Below are positions 21,420-33,800 of a stretch of DNA of 58,314 nt, one piece after another. Source of the DNA: Halocafeteria seosinensis (lineage: Eukaryota). Numbering within the stretch: the first letter of the stretch is position 1; each line of letters begins with the position of its first letter. The notes beneath the pieces were generated by a model. It made no database searches, was not told the origin of the DNA, and saw only the letters and a list, made by a program, of their open reading frames with translations. Position numbers and translations under genes: made by a program. The stretch covers positions 1 through 58,314 of the forward strand of contig LVLI01000626.1 in NCBI GenBank assembly GCA_001687465.1. The letters are read 5' to 3'.

Positions 21420-24400
21420 TTACTTTGAAGGACTCGTGGGGGCATGGCGAAGCCGTCCACGCGATACCCCATGTAACGTGTCCTCTCGTCTAGATTGGAC
21501 TGGTTCCATCAGCCTTCGACTGCTGTGACGGGTGCGAGGCCAGTGTTCGATATCGGCAACATTCCGTTCTGTATTACTCTCTCTGAACGAACGACCGGGG
21601 CTTAGTTGTCGACGTGAAAGACGCATACTGGCCCCTCTTCTCAAGTTCAGGGGAGATAGAGGATTTTCTGACGGGACCCGATTCGGACTTACAGAACGAT
21701 TGACGTGTCCAAAACTTCGAGCATTTCGTTGCGGAGTTCTTCCCTCGGGTGGGCGTCTCCCAGCACGGGTGAGTGTGCGTGGCGTCGGACGGTGTACTGC
21801 CCGTTGACGGGCACTAGAAGGTGATACTGAACGCTCACTATCTTGCGCAGCCCGGGGGGTGTCGTTGTACTGGAGGCGAGACGCAATTCGCTGCGGGTTA
21901 ATTTCCTGTATCGTGCCAGAGTTGCTTCTACGTATACTTCTCGGCGAAACAATAGGTTCTTGAAGACGCCCCCCAGCCTCTCGTTTATCTCGCATAACTG
22001 ATAATGGAGTAGTATGCGAGACAGGCTGCAACTGACCACTTCTGTGGCGAGAAACAGCCACAACGGCATGAGCAGCTTTCTTGAGTGACCTGCTGCTGTT
22101 AGTTTGGCTCAAGCCTCCTATAGTTCCAGCAGTAGGAGGTCCTCCTGTTCCTTCTCCTGGGGACGTCTGCATCCGTCGCCTTGAACGGCTATGATCAAGG
22201 AAAGGGTTTGTGTACATAATTCTACCTGATGCAGCTCGAACTATCCTTGAACGCCCCGAGTTTGATTTTTTGATTACCCCAGATGTCGAAGTGCCACTCT
22301 TTACTTTACGCATAGGAGTCACTGACGCCCCTTGCGAATTGTGTCTTCGCGGGGTGCGTGCTATGCCTGACTGTGAGCGTTCAAATGGATCGAAAGGGAC
22401 GGTGCCGTAGCTTGTCTCGTCTTCTTTCCTCCGGTGTTCCGCAGTCTCTAGTTCACGGTCCTCATCAAATGCGGATGCTTGCCTCTTCCTCTTGCTGGAG
22501 TAATACAATGTAACGACTATAAGCAGACCAAGAACTGCGACACCGCCTCCAGCGATTAGCCCCATCTCGAGAGGAGAGAGATCATCGTCTTCACCCTCAG
22601 CCGCTTGCTGCGTTGTTGGTACCCGTAGCTCAGCTCCAGCTTTTACGCGGCTCAATGCTACCTCCTGCTCTTCTGAGAAATCTTCATCAAAAATGAGTTC
22701 TGATTCTGAAAGCTGTATTTTGGCCTCATCATTCCCTTTAAGCCGGGAGATGAGTGCACTGTGCAAATCAGACTTTGAACGCATGGAAATCAGCCTTCCA
22801 ATGCGGATGGCTTCCTCCCCTGCCTCTTTTATGCTAGCTGAACTACTAGCGCTTTTCCCGATTTGTTTGAAAGCGTCGACAGCAAAGTCAAACGTTAGCA
22901 ATTCCGTAAATTCTTCTTCGTCCTCCAAGTATCTCGATTGTTCTTCGAACAGCTCGCGTCTCCCGGAGAGCAGATCTATTGAACGGCTCCCGATAAATTC
23001 TCGGGAGCTACCAATGCCTTCAAAATGTTCCGATTTTATACGAATAACACTGAGGGCTTCGAGGCGTATTTGCAGTTCTTCACTAACGGTCGCGAGGATT
23101 TGTCGTCTCATGGCCGAATCTTCACTGAACGAGGTGAACGCTTTTGTTTCTCCTTCTGTTGTCGTTGTAAAGCGGAACCCTAATTTCCATGCTGCAACTA
23201 CTACTCTACTGAATTCTGTTGCCAATTCTGGGGGAAGCGATGGACCCTCTAGAGCAAAGCTTGGGAGACGGGTTGGCGTAGCAGTTTTAGTGACCCCACT
23301 AGTAGCTGAGTTACTAATTGTAGGGCTCGCTGAACGAGAAGGCGTGATAGTAGGTGTCCCAGTACGGGTGGAAGTTCTCGTGGGAGTGGACGTGAGTGTG
23401 CTTGTCGCCGTCTGAGTTGGAGTAATGGATGCTGAATTCGAAGCTGTCCCTGTAAGCGTGCTGGTAGAAGTACAAGAAGGAGTAGGTGTACTACTCTGAC
23501 TCGAAGACGGAGTAGCAGAATTGGAGCCAGTGCGGGTAGCTGTTTCCGAGGGGGATACACTGGATGAGCTCGAGGGAGTTCTGGATGCGGTGCCAGTGGC
23601 AGTTCCTGTTGGTGTTAGTGTTGACGTCTTTGTAGGAGTACTTGATACAGTTCGAGAAGGGGTTCTAGTTACCGTGTTTGACGATGTTGCTGTGGCGCTC
23701 CTTGAAGGAGAAGAAGTCGGGCTTGCCGTAGATGTGCGGGTTGTCGTCAGGGAAGGACTGGAGGTGGGAGTTCGAGTCAATGTGGCTGAAGGGGACCCAG
23801 AAACCGTTATTGAATTGCTCGGAGTAAATGTAGTTGTGGGGGTTCTCGTTGGAGTCGGTGTCGGTGTTAGCGACTCTGAACGACTCGGAGTTCTGGTTGC
23901 TGTCCTCGTCCCCGATGGAGTAGTAGTACCTAAAGGGGTTCCAGAGGCAGTCACTGAAGGCGAAGGGATTCCTGAAGACGTATTTGATCTAGAATTAGTG
24001 GGTGAACAAGTGGAGCTACCTGTTGAGGTTGCTGAAGATGTCGGATCCGGTGTCTTCGTCTCTGACGGGCTTTGTGTTGGGGTCATTGTTGCTGTCGCAG
24101 TACCCGTTGGCGCCCTTGTTGCCATAGCTGTTCCTGATGACGTCACAGACCAAGTAGTTGTTGCCGTGGACGTTTCCGTCTCACTAGAACTAGGTGAAGC
24201 AGTGGCTGAGGCTGTCAAAGTGCTCGTTGAGGAATGGGATGGACTACTCGTGAGCGAAGCGGTGGACGTGTGTGTTTTGGTGGAAGTGATGCTCGCAGTT
24301 GGTGTTTGCGAAACAGTGGCAGTACCTGAAGGAGTTTCGGAGCCCGTCATTGATGATGTTGGACTGTTCGTCGCTCTCTGCGAGCTAGAAGCTGTCGATG

Positions 24401-27400
24401 AAGAAGACACAGAGGCCGTTGCCGTGGGCGTGGGGGTCCGCGTGGGTGTCTCCGTTGCCGAAGGACTCTGCGTGGAGGTTACAGTTCCAGTTGGACTGTC
24501 AGTGGGAGTTCTTGTAGCCGAAGGAGTTCCGCTAGAAGTAATGGATGGTGTCGAAGTACTTGTACGTGTAGTAGTAACCGACGCAGATGTCGACGGTGTT
24601 CCAGAGGAGGACGCACTTTGTGAAGAAGTACCTGTGGCAGTACCTGACTGCGTAGAGGTGAAGGACGAAGAGGCGGTGCTTGTTATCGTCATGGTCGGAG
24701 AGGATGTTGGTGTTATTGTCTTCGAAGAAGTAGGTGTTGACGTTCTGGTAGATGTGCCCGTTTGAGAGGCCGTATTTGAAGCTGTTGAGGTCCCTGATGG
24801 GCTTTCCGACATTGTCATTGATGCCGTAGGGGTTTTCGTTCCGGTGCTTGTCTCGGATGAAGTCGGAGACGACGTTGGAGTACTAGATGCAGTACCAGTG
24901 GGTGTAGGTGTCGGGCTACTGGTTTCTGAATGTGTTGGCGTTGAGGTCCCAGTTGCAGTAGGTGTTTCTGAGGAAGTGCTCGTAACCGACGGAGTGCTTG
25001 TAGACGTACTTGTCTGCGTGGGAGTGAATGAAGACGAAGGCGTGGGCGTAGACGTTGCAGTGGAAGTCGCTGTCGATGTACCCGTATGAGACGGAGTATC
25101 CGAAGGGGTCGAGGTGCCTGATGGTGTTTCCGAGTTCGTCACTGACGGTGTAGGAGTTGTGGTCCCTGTGCCAGTACCGGAAGGCGTAGCAGTCGAGGTT
25201 CGTGTGACGGTAGACGTACCAGTTGACGTGGATGTGGGCGTAGAGGTCTCCGAAGCTGTCTGTGTCGATGTCCCCGTTGACGTTGCCGTGCCCGATGGAG
25301 TGTTTGTAGCTGAAGGCGTTGGGGACGCGGTCGTCGATTGTGATGGAGTTCCTGTAGCCGTACGCGTTGGTGTAGTAGTGGACGAAGATGACGGGGTGCT
25401 TGTTTGTGTTAACGAAGAAGACGGGGTTGACGTTGATGTCTCCGAGGGAGTCGGCGTGGAAGTGCCCGTAGAGGTGCCTGTCTGAGTTGGCGTATTTGTA
25501 GGGGTCGAGGTACCTGATGGTGTTTCCGAGTTCGTCACTGACGGTGTAGGAGTTGTGGTCCCTGTGCTAGTACCGGAAGGCGTAGCAGTCGAGGTTCGCG
25601 TGCCGGTAGATGTACCAGTTGATGTGGATGTGGGTGTAGAGGTCCCCGAAGCTGTCTGTGTCGATGTTCTCGTTGACGTTGCCGTGCCCGATGGGGTATT
25701 TGTAGCTGAAGGCGTTGGGGACGCGGTCATCGATTGTGATGGAGTTCCTGTAGACGTACGCGTTGGTGCAGTAGTGGACGAAGATGACGGGGTGCTTGTT
25801 GGTGTTAACGAAGAAGACGGGGTTGACGTTGATGTCTCCGAGGGAGTCGGCGTGGAAGTGCCCGTAGAGCTACCCGTATTTGTAGGGGTCGAGGTACCTG
25901 ATGGTGTTTTCGAGTTCGTCATTGACGGTGTAGGAGTTGTGGTCCCTGTGCTAGTACCGGAAGGCGTCGCAGTCGAGGTTCGCGTGCCGGTAGATGTACC
26001 AGTTGATGTGAATGTGGGTGTAGAGGTCCCCGAAGCTGTCTGTGTTGACGTTCCCGACGATGTTGGGGTGCCCGATGGGGTGTTTGTAGCTGAAGGCGTT
26101 GGGGACGCGGTCATCGATTGTGATGGAGTTCCTGTAGTCGTAGGCGTCGGTGTATCAGTGGATGAGAAAGTAGGCGTGGTAGTTGTAGTCTCAGTACTAG
26201 TTTCTGAAGGGGACGGAGACGAAGTCGTAGTACCAGTGGATGTACCGGTCGGGGTGGACGTGGGACTGTTCGTCCCTATACCTGAGGGTGTTTGCGTTGA
26301 GGTTCCACTTGGGGTCGAAGTCTCTGTTGGAGTGTTTGTGGTCGATGGTGTTCCTGAACCGCTCATAGACTGTGACGGGGTACCTGTCGCCGTGCTTGTC
26401 GATGTAGAAGTAATTGAGGAAGAAGGTGTGCTTGTTGGTGTTACTGTCGAAGTAACTGTAGATGTGCTTGTCTGGGTAGCCGTACCTGTAGCGGTATAAG
26501 TACCAGAGGGGGTTTCAGAGCTTGCCATTGATTGGGTAGGAGTTGTCGTCCCTGTATTAGTATTTGAAGGTGTTGGAGATGATGTTAGAGTGGCGGTGAA
26601 CGTACCAGTAGACGTAAACGTGGCAGTCCTGGTCCCCGACGGTGTTTGTGTTGAGGTCTCAGTTGCAGTTGGAGTAGTTGTGGCTGATGCAGTACCTGAT
26701 CCAGTCATAGACTGCGATGGAGTACTTGTAGTCGTACGTGTCGGAGTAGCCGTCAAAGACGGTGTTGATGTTGTTGTTTCCGAAGGAGTAGGCGTGGCCG
26801 CTCCCGTTTGGGTAGGTGTTGAGGTTCCAGGAGTTTCCGAGTTGGTCATTGACGGTGTGGGAGTTGTTGTCCCTGTGCTGCTTCTGGTAGACGTCGGAGA
26901 CCGGCTTAGAGTGGTGGTAGATGTGGGGGTACTTGTCTCAGAGGAGGTTTGTGTACACGTTGCGCTTATGGTTTGAGTAGAGGATGCAGTTTCTGTGGGG
27001 GACGGAGTTCCAGATTTCGTGATCGATTGCGTAGAAGTAGCCGTAGCTGTAGCTGTTGCCGTCGAGGTAGCAGTTGCAGAGGAAGTCGGAGTGACAGATG
27101 TTGTACTCGTTTCGGAAGGAGTTGGTGTGGGACTTCCAGTGCTTGTGAAAGTTTCGCTGCTGGTTGCGGATGGCGAGGGGCTCCAGGATGCTGAAGGTGT
27201 CCGACTAGGAGATGGAGAAGAACTAGCTGTTGGCGAACTAGTACCACTCATAGATGATGTGGGCGACGGAGTAGGTGAAAGGGAGGTTGTTGCAGAAGAT
27301 GTCGGACTCGTCGAAGCTCCGTTTACAGGCGCCATGCTTTGTGGATTCAGGACCATGAGTAGCACCACCACAAAGCCGTGGAGTAGAGACTTTGCATTCG

Positions 27401-27410
27401 TTTGTGGCAT
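21420..27410 (-). CDS. Large Thr/Ser/Pro-rich mucin-like type I membrane protein (~2000 aa)
   Basis: Hydrophobic N-terminus (LLHGFVVVLLMVL) after ATG 27410, ~1350 aa T/S/P repeats, a globular juxtamembrane region, TM MGLIAGGGVAVLGLLIVVTLYY plus SSKRKR, Arg/Ser-rich tail. Confidence 0.85.
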   Translation of the reverse strand: MPQTNAKSLLHGFVVVLLMVLNPQSMAPVNGASTSPTSSATTSLSPTPSPTSSMSGTSSPTASSSPSPSRTPSASWSPSPSATSSETFTSTGSPTPTPSETSTTSVTPTSSATATSTATATATATSTQSITKSGTPSPTETASSTQTISATCTQTSSETSTPTSTTTLSRSPTSTRSSTGTTTPTPSMTNSETPGTSTPTQTGAATPTPSETTTSTPSLTATPTRTTTSTPSQSMTGSGTASATTTPTATETSTQTPSGTRTATFTSTGTFTATLTSSPTPSNTNTGTTTPTQSMASSETPSGTYTATGTATQTSTSTVTSTVTPTSTPSSSITSTSTSTATGTPSQSMSGSGTPSTTNTPTETSTPSGTSTQTPSGIGTNSPTSTPTGTSTGTTTSSPSPSETSTETTTTTPTFSSTDTPTPTTTGTPSQSMTASPTPSATNTPSGTPTSSGTSTQTASGTSTPTFTSTGTSTGTRTSTATPSGTSTGTTTPTPSMTNSKTPSGTSTPTNTGSSTGTSTPTPSETSTSTPSSSLTPTSTPSSSSTTAPTRTSTGTPSQSMTASPTPSATNTPSGTATSTRTSTQTASGTSTPTSTSTGTSTGTRTSTATPSGTSTGTTTPTPSVTNSETPSGTSTPTNTPTQTGTSTGTSTPTPSETSTSTPSSSLTQTSTPSSSSTTTPTRTATGTPSQSTTASPTPSATNTPSGTATSTGTSTQTASETSTPTSTSTGTSTVTRTSTATPSGTGTGTTTPTPSVTNSETPSGTSTPSDTPSHTGTSTATSTATSTPTPSSSFTPTQTSTSTSTPSVTSTSSETPTATGTSTPTHSETSSPTPTPTGTASSTPTSSPTSSETSTGTKTPTASMTMSESPSGTSTASNTASQTGTSTRTSTPTSSKTITPTSSPTMTITSTASSSFTSTQSGTATGTSSQSASSSGTPSTSASVTTTRTSTSTPSITSSGTPSATRTPTDSPTGTVTSTQSPSATETPTRTPTPTATASVSSSSTASSSQRATNSPTSSMTGSETPSGTATVSQTPTASITSTKTHTSTASLTSSPSHSSTSTLTASATASPSSSETETSTATTTWSVTSSGTAMATRAPTGTATATMTPTQSPSETKTPDPTSSATSTGSSTCSPTNSRSNTSSGIPSPSVTASGTPLGTTTPSGTRTATRTPSRSESLTPTPTPTRTPTTTFTPSNSITVSGSPSATLTRTPTSSPSLTTTRTSTASPTSSPSRSATATSSNTVTRTPSRTVSSTPTKTSTLTPTGTATGTASRTPSSSSSVSPSETATRTGSNSATPSSSQSSTPTPSCTSTSTLTGTASNSASITPTQTATSTLTSTPTRTSTRTGTPTITPSRSASPTISNSATSGVTKTATPTRLPSFALEGPSLPPELATEFSRVVVAAWKLGFRFTTTTEGETKAFTSFSEDSAMRRQILATVSEELQIRLEALSVIRIKSEHFEGIGSSREFIGSRSIDLLSGRRELFEEQSRYLEDEEEFTELLTFDFAVDAFKQIGKSASSSASIKEAGEEAIRIGRLISMRSKSDLHSALISRLKGNDEAKIQLSESELIFDEDFSEEQEVALSRVKAGAELRVPTTQQAAEGEDDDLSPLEMGLIAGGGVAVLGLLIVVTLYYSSKRKRQASAFDEDRELETAEHRRKEDETSYGTVPFDPFERSQSGIARTPRRHNSQGASVTPMRKVKSGTSTSGVIKKSNSGRSRIVRAASGRIMYTNPFLDHSRSRRRMQTSPGEGTGGPPTAGTIGGLSQTNSSRSLKKAAHAVVAVSRHRSGQLQPVSHTTPLSVMRDKREAGGRLQEPIVSPRSIRRSNSGTIQEINPQRIASRLQYNDTPRAAQDSERSVSPSSARQRAVHRPTPRTLTRAGRRPPEGRTPQRNARSFGHVNRSVSPNRVPSENPLSPLNLRRGASMRLSRRQLSPGRSFRESNTERNVADIEHWPRTRHSSRRLMEPVQSRREDTLHGVSRGRLRHAPTSPSK
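25080..26140 (-). repeat. Intragenic near-identical tandem repeats (units of 396 and 384 nt)
   Basis: Anchor GGGGACGCGGTC(A/G)TCGATTGTGATGGAGTTCCTGTAG recurs at 25321, 25717 and 26101; boundaries approximate. Confidence 0.9.
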
Positions 27411-27861
27411 ACTTACAGTGCGTCTTTGCAGTGCAAATCTGCAGGTAGATCTGCCCCTCAAAGGAAGTGAATACACTAGCCAAACTTTCCTACGTGGCCA
27501 TAACGGCACGGCTGGGATCTTAGAAGCGCGAGAGTCGTGCCTAGACGGGCAACAAATTGTGCCCTTCGTCCAAAACTATGTGTTTCTTCATGTTTGGGCT
27601 GAACACTGTCTACAATCTATTTTTGGCGCTCTTGCACGTTCGTGAAGCTGCGTCCCTTTTTTTTGTTACCGTTGTTCGGGAAACGGTTAAATTAACAGAA
27701 TGGACGAGTCAAGGATCCCTGTTTCTGTTCGATGTGACTTGAATTCACTATTATACCGGTTAGGTTAGGGTAGTATTGTAGTAACCAAAGGCGTGCTAAT
27801 TCATACTTGTTAGGTTAATGGTATATGTATTGTTTGGCTATCGGCAGAATGCTCACTTTGT

Positions 27862-30800
27862 TTAGGAGGCGAGGGACAGTAAGAGTGCCACCCCACGTAA
27901 TATCCAGTGGTCTTCGGGTTTATCCGACGGCATTCGGACAAACATGACAAAGTTCGTGGAATGCCCCGTAGTAGAGAGTGTTCCACGTCTTTCATCGGTC
28001 CTGTACACGGGACAATTGTAGTGCTGAAACTCCGGTAGCTCACTCCGTTTGGACGGACTAAGCCACATCTTCGGAGCTGACGCAAACAGGATATTCGGGG
28101 CACTTTCATCAAGAATATGCTTTTCATCATTCCAGCTGCACCCATCCAGATACAATCCGTGGATATACACACCATCTTGGGGAGGCTGAGACACATCAGT
28201 TGACGGATGAAGCATCTGAACATCGAAGTCGAGGTCGTCAATTGCAACAGTGTACTTCCTGGCATAGTTCTGCAGAACTGCGGTCAAGAACGACTGAGTG
28301 AAGAAGAAACCAGGGAGCCAGAAACAGGGTGGTGAACCTTCGTCAATCCATTTATCCAGAAATGTCGTTCTATCCGCCAAATCAGCAATATAGCCGGCTA
28401 GCGGTTTTCTGGAAGGGTAACTTCGACTCATCCATAACGCAGGCACATGACCGACAAGCACTTCGTCCATCACGCGTTCCAGTTGGGCCGACATGACAAT
28501 TCGGCCATCCAAAGCTTTTTGGAGATCTTCCAGGGACGTTCTGATAATATTAAGTAAACGGTTATATCTCTCAAGCTCTTGCACAAGAACAGTGTTCAAA
28601 CTGTTTGCCCATTCAATCGGGAACTTAGTGGAAACATTCTCCACATCGTACTCGCTATGGAGCTTACCGAGGATATCGGACACAACCGTTTTCACTTTCG
28701 TTTCCTTGCTTTCGCCACCTCCTTCATCAGACTCATCATCTCCACCGGATACGTCGTTGAGTGCAGCCTTGTCGCATTCCAGCGTGTCTCCGATGATACC
28801 AAAAGCAAAATGCTGATCGCGAACAATGATTGCGTTGCTATGTAATCCAAAGACCGCTGGGCTTGTTGAATCCGGCAATGATTCGATAAATTCGACGTAT
28901 CCTTGATGGGTGGTGATGTCGGCTGGAGGAGACAGCCACTCTTTCGACTCTGTGTACCGATACTGTGGTTCTAGTGCGTCCTTGCAATAGAACTTTCTCA
29001 GGATTGCCATCAAACAGCGGCGATCTTTATCATCCGTAACACGGCCACCGTAGTTACACTCACCGGTGAGATAGCGGAGCGTATCAAACGGTATCTCGTC
29101 GCTTACTTGGGTCTTATCTCGAGGGATGGAAGTATACCTGTCGTCGTCGAGGAACATGGCCAGCTGGTTAATCGAAATCCTCAAGTCACTTTCGTTAAAC
29201 TCATACGGAATGTTCCACCCAAGAGGACCAAACTGTCGCCGTTCTTGCACAACAGCATGGAAAAAACACAGAGAGAAGAGCATTCTCCGGAATGTTGTCG
29301 CATTACTGACCTTATCAAAAAAGTCCTTGTCCGCTATAGGGTCTGACAGATAGCTCCTTTGCAGGTTTGCGCGCATACCAACCGGTGGATCGCTAGTAAT
29401 CTTAACACCATTCTGAAGTACAGAGAGAGGAAAATCTGGGGTCGGATAAGACGTACACCAAAGCCGGAACTTTGGATGAGCAGGCGGTAGCTCGCTATCT
29501 TCACCGGGATCCGCTAGTTGCTCACATAATTTTTCCAGCCTCGGCATCCACGAGGCAGCAAGGTGGCAGTTTTGTAACACTACCCATTCACCTTTCTCCA
29601 ACGCCTTCTTCATCATATGCTCCGCCTTGGGACCCTGTCCTTGGCCGAGTGATATACTTTCTACCTTCGTCTTCATTTGAGCAGCGAAGGAGAGGAGAGA
29701 GGCCATTGGGTCAGCTCCGGGGCTAAGGAGGAATACCAAAGGTTGACCGGCACTGGAGTTATCGTAACTCTTCTGAAGGTCAAAAGAAGGAGGGTGCAGA
29801 AACTGTTCTCCCAGGTTCTTCTTGATGAAACTCTTTAAAGCGTCTACCAGCATATCGGGGCGGAGGCATCGCAACAGCAGCAATTGCTCCAGTTCCGTTT
29901 TTGAGTCCCACGGTTCTGGTGGTTTACTACTTGAATAATCCTTTGAGCTGAAGTATTTGTACCATTTGTCGACGTCGTTCTTAACATCCTCGATCAAGCC
30001 ATTAAATGCATCGAAATCTGCTAATCGGCAAAGTTCGTTCCACGAGTTGTCGGAGAGCCACGCTGACGCTGGATTGGGGTGTGGGTTATCCATACCAACT
30101 CCTCCTGTGAGAAGAAACGACCATAACTGGGTCGGCAACTCCCCTTTCATTCTTAGTAGCCGACTACAGAGGATCACCGAGAAGACGAGCTTATGCTTTT
30201 CAAACAAAGAGCGGCACACCTGGTCATATAGAGAGGAGGTAAAATGGTCGTTCAAGGCCTTTACGCGGGTGTCAATCCGGTCGGTTTTCTTGCTGTTCCG
30301 GATAGAGTTAATAAATAGGTTAGAGAACCACACCATACTGTATTGATACATGGGATCCAGCACGCCTAAATCAGCAATAGCAAAAAACAATGTCGAAGCA
30401 TGTACTGCTACAGGTTCGTACGCTGCTCGAGTCTCGTCAATTTCCTTTTCTGTACGCTTGGCAATTTCTTGCTTCTCCATGATTTCTTCCGAAAGTGTCT
30501 TACTCGAATTAAGCGCGTTGATTGCGTCTTCATCCTCCAATATGTTACCTTCCCTCGATAATACTTCGAGAATGTTCGATTCAAGGTCCCGTAACTGCTT
30601 CTCATTTTCCGCCGACTGAACAATGAGCTCGTTCTTCTGCTCATGTAAGTCCGGCCGCTCCTCTGCAACAACCGTATTTATCAACTGATCCTGTAACCCT
30701 GCTGGCGTGATTGTGAAATTCAGAAGAGATACTTTAGTAGCTACCTCGGGAGTATAATGCGGGTTTCGCAGCTTGGTCGTAATGTACAGTTTAAAATTGG

Positions 30801-33800
30801 CATCGTAATCAACATTACTATCCCCGATACGGATACAGGTAACACCACCTTGCTTAAACGTGTTCTTGAGTAACAGGGGATCCAGAGCGGGGTCAAGCTT
30901 TTCATCTACGTTTTCTAGGAGCACTGGAACGCCAACTTGAACCGAGTTCTCGAGAGTGCGGAGGAAGTTCTTGTCCGTTAACTTTATGATTTTTAAATTC
31001 GAATCGCGTTCCATTTTCTTAATCCATTTGTTTGCCTGACCCTGGGGATCTATCATTAGAGGCCATCGTCTAGCGTTGTTCACTATGACTGCGTTATCAG
31101 TGCTAAAGGAGTCAGTAGGAAGTCCATCAATGTGCCACTGCCGAATCTTTACGGGATCTCCCAAAACGCTGGCGAGCGAAAATTCTTTGGAGTTTTCACC
31201 CTCGCTGAAGGTAGATGGTAAGCCCAACTCAATACACTTCTCCGACCATTCCTTTATTGCTTTTCCGCGAAACTCCAACGTAAAAGGACCTAGATAGGCA
31301 ATCGCAGCGGAGGCAAGCATAACATCACCAATCAAGTTTTTGTAGGTCACCCTGAGCTCCTCTGCTCTTTGCTTCCACCGTACTTTCTCACCTCCCAAGC
31401 CTTCGATTAACTGTTCGGCTCGTTTTAGCTTTTTCTGCGTGTTGTCTACTTCTTCCTCAAGCTCTGCTTTCCGTTTGTTCGCTCCATCTAACTGCTCCTG
31501 CAAATCGTTAACCTGGTCCTCCACTTTTTTTAATTCAGCTTGTTTGGTTTCTAACGCAGACATTTTTTCATTGAGCTGTGCTTCTGCTTTCTTAAGGGCT
31601 TCCTTTTTCGGAGCAACTTCCTTCGCCACACGTTCATACTTATCCATGGCATGCACCCAAGAGGCCATACCTGCAGCGGCTTTCGCAGCTTTTGCCACTC
31701 TATCTGGGTCAAATTCCGGGTCGGGAATGTACGTTTTCCGAATTTTTGCTATTATCTTAGGATCAATGTTGTCCTTATCGTAGTTTGTCAGCCGATCCAA
31801 GAATTTACCGTCGTTCAAAAGTCGTTTAGCCGGTCCCCAGTAGTCTTCTACTTTTTTTATACCTCCCTCCGGATCCTGGATTTTGTCAGGCTTTTCACCC
31901 AGCATTGTACAAACCGCAGCCATCGTAATACGAACTCCTTTAGGCGGGTTCGAGAAACTCTTAACAAGCTTAATGTCGTCATTCGTAAGCGTATTAAGAG
32001 CCTTTAAAGCACTCTCCAAAATAGGCATCGCCTCAGCTAGGTCAGCCTCACATTCATCCTTCTGGGATTGCACTTGAGCAGCCTCTTCGTTTGCCTCTTC
32101 TGTTTCTTTCTTCACTGTCGCCCTGACTTCTTCCACTTCCGGTAAGCGCTCTTCAATTTGTTGCATTAAACTCTGAGTTTCTTCTTGACTCTTTGCTAAG
32201 GTTGGCTGTAGTTCTTCTAACTCTTTACGAAGACTGTTAACACTAGTTTCAGCCATTCCCAACTGTTCCAATCCGCGGGTATACCGGCGGATCTCTTGAC
32301 CAATTTCATTTTGTTTAAGATGGAGAGATGTTTGAAATTGGTTAAGTAATTCCAAGAATGAAGTCGGAGTAATATAACAGTGACGCTCAGTCATTTGATG
32401 AAATTTCAGCGCTAAGTTGTACGAGGAAATATGAAGGAATGTACTCAGCTCCGAGAGTTGTTCGCACAACGCATTACGTTCGCCTTTCGTTTGTTCATCT
32501 TCATTTTCTTCGTCGTCTTCTTCATCACCACCATCCTTGCTCTCAACCGTAATGGACTTGAGGGAATTTTTTGCCACGGCGTAAAGTGCCTCTCGTGGCC
32601 ATTCACCGTACCAGTCAATGTTACAGCAGCTAATAAGTGAAGGAAACTTACGTAAGCGATCGCGGAATGCATCACCCACCGGACTCATCGATACAACAAC
32701 GTGCAGGCGCTGTTTCATGCGTTCTAGGAAGTAATTCCACCATTCTCCAGCTGTCCAATCTGGGGTCGTGCCTTCATTTCTTGCAATGGACTGCACTTCG
32801 TCCAAGATTTCAGCTCGATCTTCCAGCGAAAACAGGTTTGGAACTTCTCCCGTGTTGAGAATATTAGAAACATCTTCGATCATACCTTCCCACTTAATCT
32901 GGTTATCAGAGAAGAAAAACATCACCTTTTCCGGCTGTGTCCCGGCTTTCCGCAATATTCTCTTCAAATCGTCTTTCCAATCATCCTCTGAATATCCCTT
33001 GCTAAGCTCTATTGACATTATCGATGCCTCCGCCAGATGGGCAGAAAGCTTGCACGTAGTCTGTCTACCTGATCCTCCTAGACCAACCAACAGCGCATGA
33101 CCTCCCGAGAGCCTCAAGACCCGAAGCAAGCGACTCACGTGCTCTAAAAAGTAGGAGAATAGCACAACATCCATAGGGGAGCGACTCTGCTCGTTATAGT
33201 CATTTAAGCCGGTAGTAACAGCATCAATGAAGGTACGTGGGTCTTCCACCAGCGAATACAACTCCTTCTTGCTGGTAATGTATGAGAACTTGACGCTGTT
33301 CAGAAGTCTACTAGTACTAACTGATTCTCCAGCTTCAGAATCTACGAAACATTTACAGTGCTGATTCAAGTCTTCCTTGAAATGTTTGTTCGCCACATCG
33401 AATACCTCAGTGGCAAACCAATCCTTGTCTTCTGGGCTGACAAGTCTATCACCAATCACACGAGAGACTTCGTGTGCCCATAATAGAGCAAACTTGGTCG
33501 AACTATCGAGAGATTGGGGACTACACAACATAACTCCATTGATAATCCGACTGAAGTCACGCAGGTTAAACGTGTAGTGACTCTTTGCCGGAGTGGGCCT
33601 TAACTGTCCCAAAGCAGAAGCGTAGATACGTTGAGTTGCCTCAACAACTGTCGGACCGAGCTTTGCAACTGCGGGTTCGAAACTATTCTTTTGTAGGAAT
33701 GAGTCGATGATAGTCTCAAAAATCCTTTGCATAGTAGACTCATCAAATTCTGGGACGCAAAACGGAAAAACCTTCCTCAATAGTCGTGGAGGTGCTTCAT

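Noticed and set aside
25080..26140. Regularly recurring repeats considered as a CRISPR-like array
   Set aside because: The intervening sequences are themselves repeated, units are in-frame coding, and the context is eukaryotic with no cas genes
23521..27645. Long Val/Gly/Asp/Glu-rich plus-strand ORFs (414, 314, 216 aa and others)
   Set aside because: Antisense shadows of Thr/Ser/Pro codons in the mucin gene
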